Position numbers and translations under genes: made by a program | Shown: piece by piece, positions 28,191-36,548 of the stretch | How the letters are laid out: every line of letters starts with the position of its first letter | Numbering within the stretch: the first letter of the stretch is position 1 | Source: Patescibacteria group bacterium | GTDB taxonomy: Bacteria; Patescibacteriota; Minisyncoccia; Phycocordibacterales; VMEP01 | Direction: 5' to 3' | Assembly: GCA_038065675.1 (NCBI GenBank) | Contig: JBBTQM010000023.1 | Span: 1 to 46,698, forward strand | Length of the DNA: 46,698 bases | The notes under the pieces: generated by a model | The model's database searches: none | What the model was told of the DNA's origin: nothing | The model's input: only the letters and a program-made list of their open reading frames with translations

Positions 28191-29111
28191 TTAAAGCCCT
28201 TTGTTTAAAATGATACCACCCTTTTCCAGGTATGTCCCGATTTTTCCCAATATAACGGACATTTCTTTGTCTATGGCGCCGTACTCTATTATTCCCTCCA
28301 TTCCCCCCATCGGCTCTTTGAAAATTCCCTTGATTTTTTGGAGAGCATCCGCCAGGTTTTGATATTCGTTTGCGAGCAAAAAATGGTCTTCGGCAATCGG
28401 GGCGGGGACATTCATGGATATAATTTTGTCCCCCACCGTTTTGTAGTTTTTTATGGCGAGAGATATTTTTTCCTCGTTTTCCGCGATATTTTTTGAGTAT
28501 ACGAATTCGTACACGAAAACAAGCTCTTTCCCGAGGCTCAGTTCTTCGTAAAGTGAAGCAATCTTTCTCAGATTTGAGACGTATTCCTCAAGGGACTGCT
28601 TTGTTTCGGGGACGATTTTCAGGAGTCTTTCATCATAGAATATTTTGCCGGGGTCAGGCGAAATCCCTTGCGCTATTTTTTGGGATAAATTTTTAATTGT
28701 TTCCTCGTCCAATTCCGCCGTTTCCCCTGCGGAGATGTTCCCCAGAACTTCTTTTGTAATCTGGTAAATTTTCCCCGAAGGATTGGCCGCCATCTCGCCG
28801 CCGTTTGCCCGACTGTTTTGAATAACGGCCATCTTTTTTGATATTTCCTCGTTGTCGGGGATGCCGTCCCCGTCCGTATCTTTTTTCAGAGGGTCGGTTT
28901 CCCACAGGCGTTCTTCCCAATCCGGCACCCCGTCCCCGTCCGTATCCTGTTTTATGAAAACCGCGAGGTCATTTTTTGATTTGGCTTTGTCCCCCGCCAA
29001 ATTCAATGCAGGGAAAGTTCCCCCGGACAAAAAATATGCCGCGGCAATGATTCCAAGCCCGACAGCAAGCGCTCCCCATATTTTTTTATCAACTAAATTT
29101 AAGTAATTCAT
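28191..29111 (-). CDS. Membrane-anchored protein with bacterial thrombospondin type 3 (Ca-binding) repeats
   Basis: TM helix then DTDGDGVPDWEE..W.TDP..KDTDGDGIPDNEE; start likely ATG 29111. Confidence 0.75.
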   Translation of the reverse strand: MNYLNLVDKKIWGALAVGLGIIAAAYFLSGGTFPALNLAGDKAKSKNDLAVFIKQDTDGDGVPDWEERLWETDPLKKDTDGDGIPDNEEISKKMAVIQNSRANGGEMAANPSGKIYQITKEVLGNISAGETAELDEETIKNLSQKIAQGISPDPGKIFYDERLLKIVPETKQSLEEYVSNLRKIASLYEELSLGKELVFVYEFVYSKNIAENEEKISLAIKNYKTVGDKIISMNVPAPIAEDHFLLANEYQNLADALQKIKGIFKEPMGGMEGIIEYGAIDKEMSVILGKIGTYLEKGGIILNKGL

Positions 29112-29153
29112 TATTGTTTTAATTATATCACTAGCCACCAACTAAAAAGCTTC

Positions 29154-29987
29154 CTAGTTTCTGCCAACCACCAACTGTTTCATCAGGCATTTCCATTTGT
29201 CTATGGTTAAATCTTCCGCCCGAGCATTTACGGGGACATTGCACGAGGATAATGCCTCGGCGGTTTTTTCTTTGCCAAATACCATGGATAAATTTTTTGA
29301 AATAATTTTTCGCTTGTGCGCGAATCCGGCGCGCAAAATTTTAAAGAATTTGTCCTCGTCCCTTTTTGTTTTTAGGCTTTCTTTGGAAATGTTTTCAATA
29401 ACAAGAATCGCCGAGTCTACTTTTGGCGGAGGGTTGAAGCTTCCGCGCTTTACTGTCGCTATATATCGCGGCGTTCCGTATATTTTTACCGAAATGGAAA
29501 GTATTGATTCTTTCTTGTCTTTCGCGCAAATACGCTCCGCCACTTCTTTTTGCACCAGAAGAACCATTCGTTCCGGCTGGTGTTTTGCGGACAGGAATTT
29601 CCGGAGAATCGCCCCTGTTATGTAGTAAGGAATGTTGGCAATTAGTTTGTAGTTTGCCTGCCTGCCGCGTTCCACCCGGCGCAGGCAGGTAGTTTTTAGT
29701 TTGTAGTTGGAGAAATCAAAATCCAGAATATCCCCCTGAACAATTTCAATCCTCCCATTTTTTATTTCAGGCGCGAATTTTTCACAAAGAGACGGGATAA
29801 GCTCCATGTCTTTTTCGACCGCGATTACCCGCGCGCCGGAAAGGATGAGTTCTTCCGTAAGAATTCCTTTGCCGGGGCCTATCTCAAGCACGGTACCGTT
29901 TGTTTTGATATCGCCCGCGCTTATTATTTTTGACAACGCGCTTTGCGACGTCAGAAAATGTTGGCCTAAGTATTTTTTTGCTTTCAT
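29154..29987 (-). CDS. rsmA: 16S rRNA m6,2A dimethyltransferase RsmA/KsgA
   Basis: KKYLGQHFL, VLEIGPGKG, ANIPYYIT, QKEVAERI, F.PPPKVDS. Confidence 0.96.
   Translation of the reverse strand: MKAKKYLGQHFLTSQSALSKIISAGDIKTNGTVLEIGPGKGILTEELILSGARVIAVEKDMELIPSLCEKFAPEIKNGRIEIVQGDILDFDFSNYKLKTTCLRRVERGRQANYKLIANIPYYITGAILRKFLSAKHQPERMVLLVQKEVAERICAKDKKESILSISVKIYGTPRYIATVKRGSFNPPPKVDSAILVIENISKESLKTKRDEDKFFKILRAGFAHKRKIISKNLSMVFGKEKTAEALSSCNVPVNARAEDLTIDKWKCLMKQLVVGRN
29656..29690. repeat. REP-like palindrome inserted in frame in rsmA
   Basis: CCTGCCTGC...GCAGGCAGG arms inside a heptamer array; related palindrome at 44997-45012. Confidence 0.7.
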
Positions 29988-30014
29988 GTGTTTCTAAAAA
30001 CTCAAAACTAAAAA

Positions 30015-31943
30015 CTATTCTATATGTATAACCTTGCCCGCGTTTTCCCGCTTTTCCTGCTCAAGAAGCTCCGGCGGCATGTCAAAAATAAATTCCGACG
30101 GTGTATTTACCTGCCGCGAACCGAAAACCGTGCGCATCGCGGCGTAGGAAAGAAATAGTTTTTTCTCGGCGCGGGTCAGCGCCACGTAAAAAAGCCGACG
30201 TTCTTCCTCCTCATCTTCTTTTGTCGCCCCTGTTCCGTTTACTCGAGAATGAGGGAAAAGGTCTTGTTCAAGTCCGGTGATGAAAACGTGGGAAAATTCC
30301 AGTCCTTTGGCGGCATGCACCGTCATTAGTTTTACTCCCCGCGCGTCTTCCGCTTTCACCTCCTCGGCGGCGAACAGCGCCGCGTCTTCCAGAAGTTTAT
30401 CCGCGCCTTCTCCTAAGGGGAGCGTGTCATAGCGCGCGGCGAGAGCGGCGAGTTCATACAAGTTTCCCAGCCGCTCCTTGTCTTCTTCCGTCCCGCCCTG
30501 CAGTAATTTTTCCATGCCGGACTCCTTTATTATTTTTGTAACTATGCGCGACGGCGGTTCTTTGGGAATCGCGCCGGAAAGTTCGTCTATAAATTTTTTG
30601 AACTGCCCGAATTTCTCTTTTGTGCCGCGTGGGAGTTCCCCCGTTTTGCCGGAGGCGATTTTAAGAAAACTCATCTTACCGATGCCGCGCGGCGGATAAT
30701 TTAAGGCGCGCTTCATGTCCGGCAAACTCTCCGGATTAAACGCCAAACGAAAATAAGAAAGAGCGTCTTTTATTTCTTTGCGGTCAAAAAATCTGACCCC
30801 CATCACTTGGTAAGGGATGCTAGCGCCAAGAAGCGATTCTTCAAAAACGCGCGATTGGAAGTTGGCGCGGTAAAGTACCGCGATGCGTTCCGGCTTCACC
30901 CCATTTCCCATAAGAGAAATAATTTTCCCCGCAACGAAGTTGGCTTCATCGGCTTCGTCCATCGCCTCAAACAACCCGATTCTTTCCCCCGAATCTTTCC
31001 TCGTGAAAAGAGTTTTGTCTTTGCGTATCGTGTTTTTCTTTATGATTTGATTGGCGGCTTCCAAAATGTTCCCGCTTGAGCGGTAATTTTCTTCAAGAAC
31101 GACAACTTCCGCCCCTGGATAATCCCGTTCAAAATTAAGAATGTTTTTCATGTTGGCGCCGCGCCATCCGTAGATATTTTGGTCGCTGTCGCCGACAACG
31201 CATATATTTTTGTGTTCATTCGCCAAGAGTTTTGAAAGTTCGTACTGCGCTTCGTTGGTGTCCTGGTATTCGTCTATGTGGATGAACCGGAAACGCTTGG
31301 CGTAATTTTCCCTTACCTCTTTATTTTCGCGCAAAAGACCGACGGTTTTTGATATTAGGTCGTCGAAATCAAGAGCTTTGGATTCCGCAAGTTTTTTTTC
31401 GTACCGCACCCAGATGCGGGCGAGTGTTTTCGGGAAAAATCCTTCCGCGTCCCGCGCGAATTCTTCCACCGAGACGAGGTCGCCTTTATAGCGGGAGATT
31501 ACGTTTCTTATCCTGCGCGGCTCAAATTGTTTTACATCAAGGCCTTCGTCGTTTATGGCTTCTTTTACGAAAGAGACGCTTTCGCCCTCATCAAGAATGG
31601 CAAAATGCCGGGAAAGGCCGAGCAATTTTGCCTGTTCTTTGAGTATGTAAACTCCCAATGAGTGGAATGTTTTTATGATTGGCGACTCATCTGAAGAAAT
31701 AGCCCCCCCTTCTTTATTAAGAAGAGATAAAACGCGCTCACGCATTTCGGCCGCGGCTTTGTTGGTAAAGGTGACGGCAAGAATTTCCTGCGGCACTACG
31801 CCCCCGCGGATGAGAGAAAGTATCCGGTGGACGATTGTTTTGGTTTTCCCCGCCCCGGCACCGGCCATGATTATAAGCGGGCCATTTTTATGCGCCGCCG
31901 CCCGCGCCTGCTCCTTATTTAGCGATTCCCCGATGATTTTCAT
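30015..31943 (-). CDS. pcrA: ATP-dependent DNA helicase PcrA/UvrD
   Basis: AGAGAGKT, VTFTNKAA, IDEYQDTN, VGDSDQNIYGWRGA, NYRS, MTVHAAKGLEF, EERRLFYVALTRA. Confidence 0.95.
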   Translation of the reverse strand: MKIIGESLNKEQARAAAHKNGPLIIMAGAGAGKTKTIVHRILSLIRGGVVPQEILAVTFTNKAAAEMRERVLSLLNKEGGAISSDESPIIKTFHSLGVYILKEQAKLLGLSRHFAILDEGESVSFVKEAINDEGLDVKQFEPRRIRNVISRYKGDLVSVEEFARDAEGFFPKTLARIWVRYEKKLAESKALDFDDLISKTVGLLRENKEVRENYAKRFRFIHIDEYQDTNEAQYELSKLLANEHKNICVVGDSDQNIYGWRGANMKNILNFERDYPGAEVVVLEENYRSSGNILEAANQIIKKNTIRKDKTLFTRKDSGERIGLFEAMDEADEANFVAGKIISLMGNGVKPERIAVLYRANFQSRVFEESLLGASIPYQVMGVRFFDRKEIKDALSYFRLAFNPESLPDMKRALNYPPRGIGKMSFLKIASGKTGELPRGTKEKFGQFKKFIDELSGAIPKEPPSRIVTKIIKESGMEKLLQGGTEEDKERLGNLYELAALAARYDTLPLGEGADKLLEDAALFAAEEVKAEDARGVKLMTVHAAKGLEFSHVFITGLEQDLFPHSRVNGTGATKEDEEEERRLFYVALTRAEKKLFLSYAAMRTVFGSRQVNTPSEFIFDMPPELLEQEKRENAGKVIHIE

Positions 31944-32053
31944 CCTGTTAGAAGTTAAAGATTAAGGATATTTTACTAAGAATGAAGCCGTAAGGCGCTA
32001 CTCTCCATTAAGCACTTTTAATAATTCTAACGATAGGTGAACTTCTGGCAGGA
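31943..32053. mobile_element. MITE-like element inserted at the pcrA start codon
   Basis: TIRs TCCTGTTAGAAG and CTTCTGGCAGGA; flanking TTCA duplication; about 45 nt of internal homology to 1084-1173. Confidence 0.7.
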
Positions 32054-32571
32054 TTCATGGGGAAACTATATCACGTCTTTTATTTGTCTTTTTAAATACC
32101 GGCGTTTTTTGTCGGGGCAGTATTTATTGGCGACGTAGAGCGAGAGAAATACTGAAGTAACCTTTAGTATTTCCGAGCCGAGGAGCCAATATAGGCTTGT
32201 AATGACCCTGTGCTCTTGGCGCAGGGGCCTATATTTTGCCGTTTTGCCTTGGGTTTTTATGTTCACACCCCCTGCGCCCGCCTTGCTTGACTTACGCCCC
32301 CCCTCTCTATAGCATTTAATATAGGGTAAGAATGAATGAATATACGGTAAATGGCTTGGTTAAGCCATTTTGTCAGTCTATCGGATGAAATTACCTTAAA
32401 AATTGCCATATTTCAGGAAAGTTACAGACATCTTTTGGTCGTCCTGTAACGGAATAGGACAATTGCTATTTTAGGCTTATTTTCCTTCATAAAAAAGACG
32501 AAACCGCCGCAGTAAGACTTTCTGGCTGGTTTCTGAAATATAAGAAATTTTTATTTCCGGCTGCCCCGGCA

Positions 32572-33573
32572 TTGGCTTTTTTTCTTTACGCCTCGGTTTT
32601 ACTTTTTTCATCCCCCCTTTCCGCCGACGCAGGGGCTTTTTCGTTTCTCGAGGGCTTAATAGGGAAAAAACAAATAAAAGAAGAGAAAAATTCACAAAAT
32701 ATTCCCCTTCTTGCCGCCAGTTTCGGCCCCGAAATCTTCTCCCGCGGGGGTGGTGACATTAACATTTTTGACAATAAAGCCATATCGCCTGATGGGAGCC
32801 CCCTAGGCTCCGGGGAAGACTTGTTTCAAAACGAATCCGACCAAATTAGCATTTATGTGGTCCGAAAAGGAGACAATATTTCTCAAATCGCCAAAATGTT
32901 TAACGTTTCCCCGAGCACCGTGGTTTGGGCGAACAATTTAACAAACGGTACGATTTCCGTAGGACAAACTCTCGTCATTCTTCCGGTTTCCGGGATACGG
33001 TACACAATAAAAGAGAACGATACGGTTAAAAAAATAGCCGACAAATATAAAGCCGATATCGGCGAAATTCTTGTTTTCAACGGGATATCGCTTGAGACAA
33101 AGCTTCGCGCCGGGGACACTATTATAATTCCTGACGCGGAAGGGGGTGTCATTCCGCAGTCATTGGCAAAATCAAGCCGCCCGAAATCTCGCCTTCATGA
33201 CTCCGGCGGGCCTTTTCTTGACGGTTATTTCATAAGGCCGGTTGTCGGGGGATATCGTTCACAGGGACTCCACGGGTATAATGCCGTGGACCTAGCCGGC
33301 TTGCCGCAAGGAACTCCGATAATTGCGGCAGCGGCTGGCGACGTTATCATAAGCAGGCAGGGCGGCTGGAACGGAGGATACGGAAACTACATTGTTATTC
33401 AGCACAATAACGGGACGCAGACCGTCTACGGCCATTTGGTCAGTAACGTTGCCGGAGTAGGCTGGCATGTTAATCAAGGCCAGCTTATTGGATACTTGGG
33501 CAACACCGGCCGCTCTACCGGGCCGCATGTCCACTTTGAAATTCGCGGAGCGAAAAATCCGTGGGGGAACTAA
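32572..33573 (+). CDS. LysM-domain M23 peptidoglycan endopeptidase
   Basis: Two LysM repeats (YVVRKGDNISQIAKMFNVS; YTIKENDTVKKIADKY); HGYNAVD (HxxxxD), YGHL, GNTGRSTGPHVHFE; start codon uncertain. Confidence 0.9.
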   Translation: MAFFLYASVLLFSSPLSADAGAFSFLEGLIGKKQIKEEKNSQNIPLLAASFGPEIFSRGGGDINIFDNKAISPDGSPLGSGEDLFQNESDQISIYVVRKGDNISQIAKMFNVSPSTVVWANNLTNGTISVGQTLVILPVSGIRYTIKENDTVKKIADKYKADIGEILVFNGISLETKLRAGDTIIIPDAEGGVIPQSLAKSSRPKSRLHDSGGPFLDGYFIRPVVGGYRSQGLHGYNAVDLAGLPQGTPIIAAAAGDVIISRQGGWNGGYGNYIVIQHNNGTQTVYGHLVSNVAGVGWHVNQGQLIGYLGNTGRSTGPHVHFEIRGAKNPWGN

Positions 33574-33597
33574 TCGTTGGCGAGTTTAAAAAACTTT

Positions 33598-33671
33598 AAG
33601 TAATTGATAACAAGAAATTAAAATAAAGTCCTGCGCATGACCATTTGTTACTTGTTATAAGTTACTTGTTT
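33598..33671. repeat. Inverted heptamer-periodic arms between convergent genes
   Basis: AAGTAATTGATAACAAG against CTTGTTATAAGTTACTT; units TTGTTAC TTGTTAT AAGTTAC TTGTTTC. Confidence 0.55.
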
Positions 33672-35207
33672 CTATTTTGCTCTCGGCCTGTATTGAAATG
33701 CGGCGAGAGCGTGCGATTCTTCCACTTCATCGCTTTCGTTTAAGTCGGCGATAGTACGGGCAAGTTTTATCATTTTATGAAAACCCCGCGCGGATAGATT
33801 AAGGCGGGTAGCCCCGGTTTCAAATATTTTTTTAACCCTGGGCGCGAGGTCTACGATTGAAACCAGGTCGCGCGCGCTCATTTCGCCGTTTAATTTTATT
33901 TTTTTGCCGGCCCCGGCGAACCTTTCGCGCTGGCGCTCCCGGGCTATCATTACCCTTTCACGGATTTTTGCGCTCCCTTCACCGGACTTTTTCTTTTCGG
34001 AAAGTTCCCCGTAATCAACCGTTTCAACCGGAAGCCACAAATCAATGCGGTCGACAATCGGGCCGGAAAGCTTTCTTTTGTATTTCAAAATATCTTGCGG
34101 GCGGCAAACACACCTGATTTTAGGCGATTCGTAAAACCCGCACGGGCAAGGATTCATGGCGGCGACTAAAGTAATGCGCGCCGGGAAAGTCGCCGAACCT
34201 TTCGCGCGCGCTACGCTTATTTTCCCGTCTTCAAGGGGCTGGCGCAGGGATTCTATCACCCTCTTATCAAATTCCGGGAATTCGTCCAGAAAAAGAACCC
34301 CGCGGTGTGCTAGCGTTATTTCTCCAGGACGCGGGATTGCGCCGCCGCCGACGAGTGATACATATGACGAAGTATGGTGTGGCGCGCGGAACGGCGCCGC
34401 AGTAACAAGTTCTCCGTCGGATAGTCCCGCGACGGAATGAATGCTTGTAACTTCAAAAATTTCTTCTTCGGAAAGAGGAGGGAGTATTCCGGCAAACGCC
34501 CGCGCCAGCATCGTTTTGCCCGTTCCCGGCGGGCCATACATGCCGACGTTGTGCCCGCCCGCCGCGGCGATTGCGAGTCCCCCCTTAGCGAATGCCTGCC
34601 CGCGTATATCTTCAAACCCAACACCGGAATCGGATTCTTTGTACCGTATTTCCGTTTTTGGGCTAGCGCTCAATTTATTCCCCTTTTCCTTTTGCGAAAG
34701 ATGTTTTATGAGAGCATTCAAATCTTTAACCGCGAAAACCGAGAGCTCGTCCCCGATAAGCGCCGCTTCCTCGGCATTTTCTTCCGGAACATAAAGCTCC
34801 TGGAATCCGCGCTTGGCCGCCTCGCGCGCAATCGGCAAGACTCCGCGCACCGGCCGTACGCCGCCGGACAAAGAAAGTTCCCCGACAAAAAGTTTTCCGT
34901 TCGGATTGAAAGAAATTTCTCCGGATGCGGAAAGATACGAAAGCGCGATAGGCAAATCAAATGACGGACCTTCTTTTTTAAGTTCCGCCGGAGCCAAAGA
35001 AACGACGACCTTTTGATTTTTCTGTTTTGGCGAGCCGAGGCCTGAATTTTTTATCGCCGCGCTTACCCGGTCGCGTGCTTCCTCAACGGCTTTGTCGGGG
35101 AGGCCGACAACGGAGAATTGGTAAAGTCCCCGGGCAATGTCCGTTTCAACGGAAATTATATGAGCAGTGAGGAGATTCGCCTGCGCCGAATAAATCCTCG
35201 ATATCAT
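33672..35207 (-). CDS. comM: ComM/YifB Mg-chelatase-like AAA+ ATPase
   Basis: VGLPDKAVEEARDRV, GPPGTGKTMLA, PFRAPHHT, PGEITLAHRGVLFLDE, AAMNPCPCG, ARTIADL. Confidence 0.93.
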   Translation of the reverse strand: MISRIYSAQANLLTAHIISVETDIARGLYQFSVVGLPDKAVEEARDRVSAAIKNSGLGSPKQKNQKVVVSLAPAELKKEGPSFDLPIALSYLSASGEISFNPNGKLFVGELSLSGGVRPVRGVLPIAREAAKRGFQELYVPEENAEEAALIGDELSVFAVKDLNALIKHLSQKEKGNKLSASPKTEIRYKESDSGVGFEDIRGQAFAKGGLAIAAAGGHNVGMYGPPGTGKTMLARAFAGILPPLSEEEIFEVTSIHSVAGLSDGELVTAAPFRAPHHTSSYVSLVGGGAIPRPGEITLAHRGVLFLDEFPEFDKRVIESLRQPLEDGKISVARAKGSATFPARITLVAAMNPCPCGFYESPKIRCVCRPQDILKYKRKLSGPIVDRIDLWLPVETVDYGELSEKKKSGEGSAKIRERVMIARERQRERFAGAGKKIKLNGEMSARDLVSIVDLAPRVKKIFETGATRLNLSARGFHKMIKLARTIADLNESDEVEESHALAAFQYRPRAK

Positions 35208-35216
35208 TGCGCGATA

Positions 35217-35576
35217 TTACTTCATGTGCGCCATGCAGGTGCGGGCGCCGGGGTTAGCCTTAAGCCGGGCGGGTTCAATCGGATGGTCCCCTTTTTCACA
35301 AATCCCGTAAGTTCCTTTTTCAATTTTTGACAGAGCGCGGTTTATTTCCGAAAAGCGGATTTCCAGTTCATTTTCCGTGGAAATTCTTTCTTCCAAGTCC
35401 TCTATGCGGTCTGCGGCTTCGTTTTTATCGGAATTGAGGATATCCATATTGGATTGTGTCGTTTCCCAGTCGTTTTTACTGCCGGGAACCTTTCGTCCAA
35501 GGGAGCTAAGCTCATTTTCCAAAAGAAGCTTTTCGTCCAGAAGTTGTTTTTTAAACTGTTCGGTATTTATTTCCAT
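35217..35576 (-). CDS. TraR/DksA family protein
   Basis: Coiled coil then ALSKIEKGTYGICEK...I...RLKANP.ARTC. Confidence 0.85.
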   Translation of the reverse strand: MEINTEQFKKQLLDEKLLLENELSSLGRKVPGSKNDWETTQSNMDILNSDKNEAADRIEDLEERISTENELEIRFSEINRALSKIEKGTYGICEKGDHPIEPARLKANPGARTCMAHMK

Positions 35577-35610
35577 AGGCGCATAATATCATATTTTTGT
35601 TTGATGCAAT

Positions 35611-36546
35611 TTACCGTGCCTGATTCTTTCCGGCCGCGCTCAATCGGTCAATAACCTCGCTTAACGTGTCTTCGTGGGAGGAGATAACAATGGTTTTTTT
35701 GTCGGGGATTGCGTAAATAATGGAAACCGCTCCGTTGTTGTCGTACAGGACCCTGGCATCCCTGTTTTTTATTACGATATCGGAAAAATCTTTCTCTAAG
35801 AGGTATCGGTTTTCATCCGATATGGTTTTACCAAAAAGAGGCAGTAAGTCTCCCGCCATGTCGCGTTCCCACCTCAAAAGTCCGAGAAAGGCATTTTCAT
35901 AAAAATCGGTTTTAATAACCAAAAACGCCTGATTGCCGTCCCACGAATGAATGCCCAGCATGAATTCTGGCGATAAAGACCGCTCAAGAATTCCGGGCAT
36001 GTGTGTCCCCATGGCCGAAATCAGGCCATTAACATTAAGTTCGGTTTTTATGTCCCCGGAAATTTCCATGAACCTTATTTGCTCAATAGTATTTAATTTT
36101 AACGTTGATTGGTTGGTTTCTTTTGAGACCTCGCTTATTATTTTGGAGCGCGACGCTTTTGCCATTTCTATCGCTTTTTCTTTTTCTGCGAATACTATGG
36201 ACGGAGTTTTTTGTTCCTGCGGCTCTTGATTTGCATTTTGCCTCTCAAAAAACATAAACCCGAAAAGAACAATACCGCCCGCCAGCGCGACAACGGAAGC
36301 AAAAACAAAAAAAGAATTTTTTCCCGTTTCCGCCCCTTCAAAATGAAATTCCTTTTCTCTTTTTTTCTGTTCGGCAATGGCGATTGAAACGACAGAACCC
36401 TTTTTTTCTTTCATTGCCGAAGCGATGTCGCCTTCAAGCGTGCGAACTACGCGCGAAGGAATGCTTGATAGCGCCGCCGCCGCCCCGCCCGCCGATTCTA
36501 TTTTCCCCTCTTCGGAGATATTTATTGTTTGCTGACCCTCGGTCAT
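35611..36546 (-). CDS. Conserved hypothetical single-pass membrane protein
   Basis: VRTLEGDIA N-terminus, one TM helix, then an extracytoplasmic domain. Confidence 0.65.
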   Translation of the reverse strand: MTEGQQTINISEEGKIESAGGAAAALSSIPSRVVRTLEGDIASAMKEKKGSVVSIAIAEQKKREKEFHFEGAETGKNSFFVFASVVALAGGIVLFGFMFFERQNANQEPQEQKTPSIVFAEKEKAIEMAKASRSKIISEVSKETNQSTLKLNTIEQIRFMEISGDIKTELNVNGLISAMGTHMPGILERSLSPEFMLGIHSWDGNQAFLVIKTDFYENAFLGLLRWERDMAGDLLPLFGKTISDENRYLLEKDFSDIVIKNRDARVLYDNNGAVSIIYAIPDKKTIVISSHEDTLSEVIDRLSAAGKNQAR

Positions 36547-36548
36547 AT

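Noticed and set aside
32066-32266. 66-aa ORF upstream of pcrA
   Set aside because: It overlaps hairpin elements and the pcrA promoter and has no recognisable features
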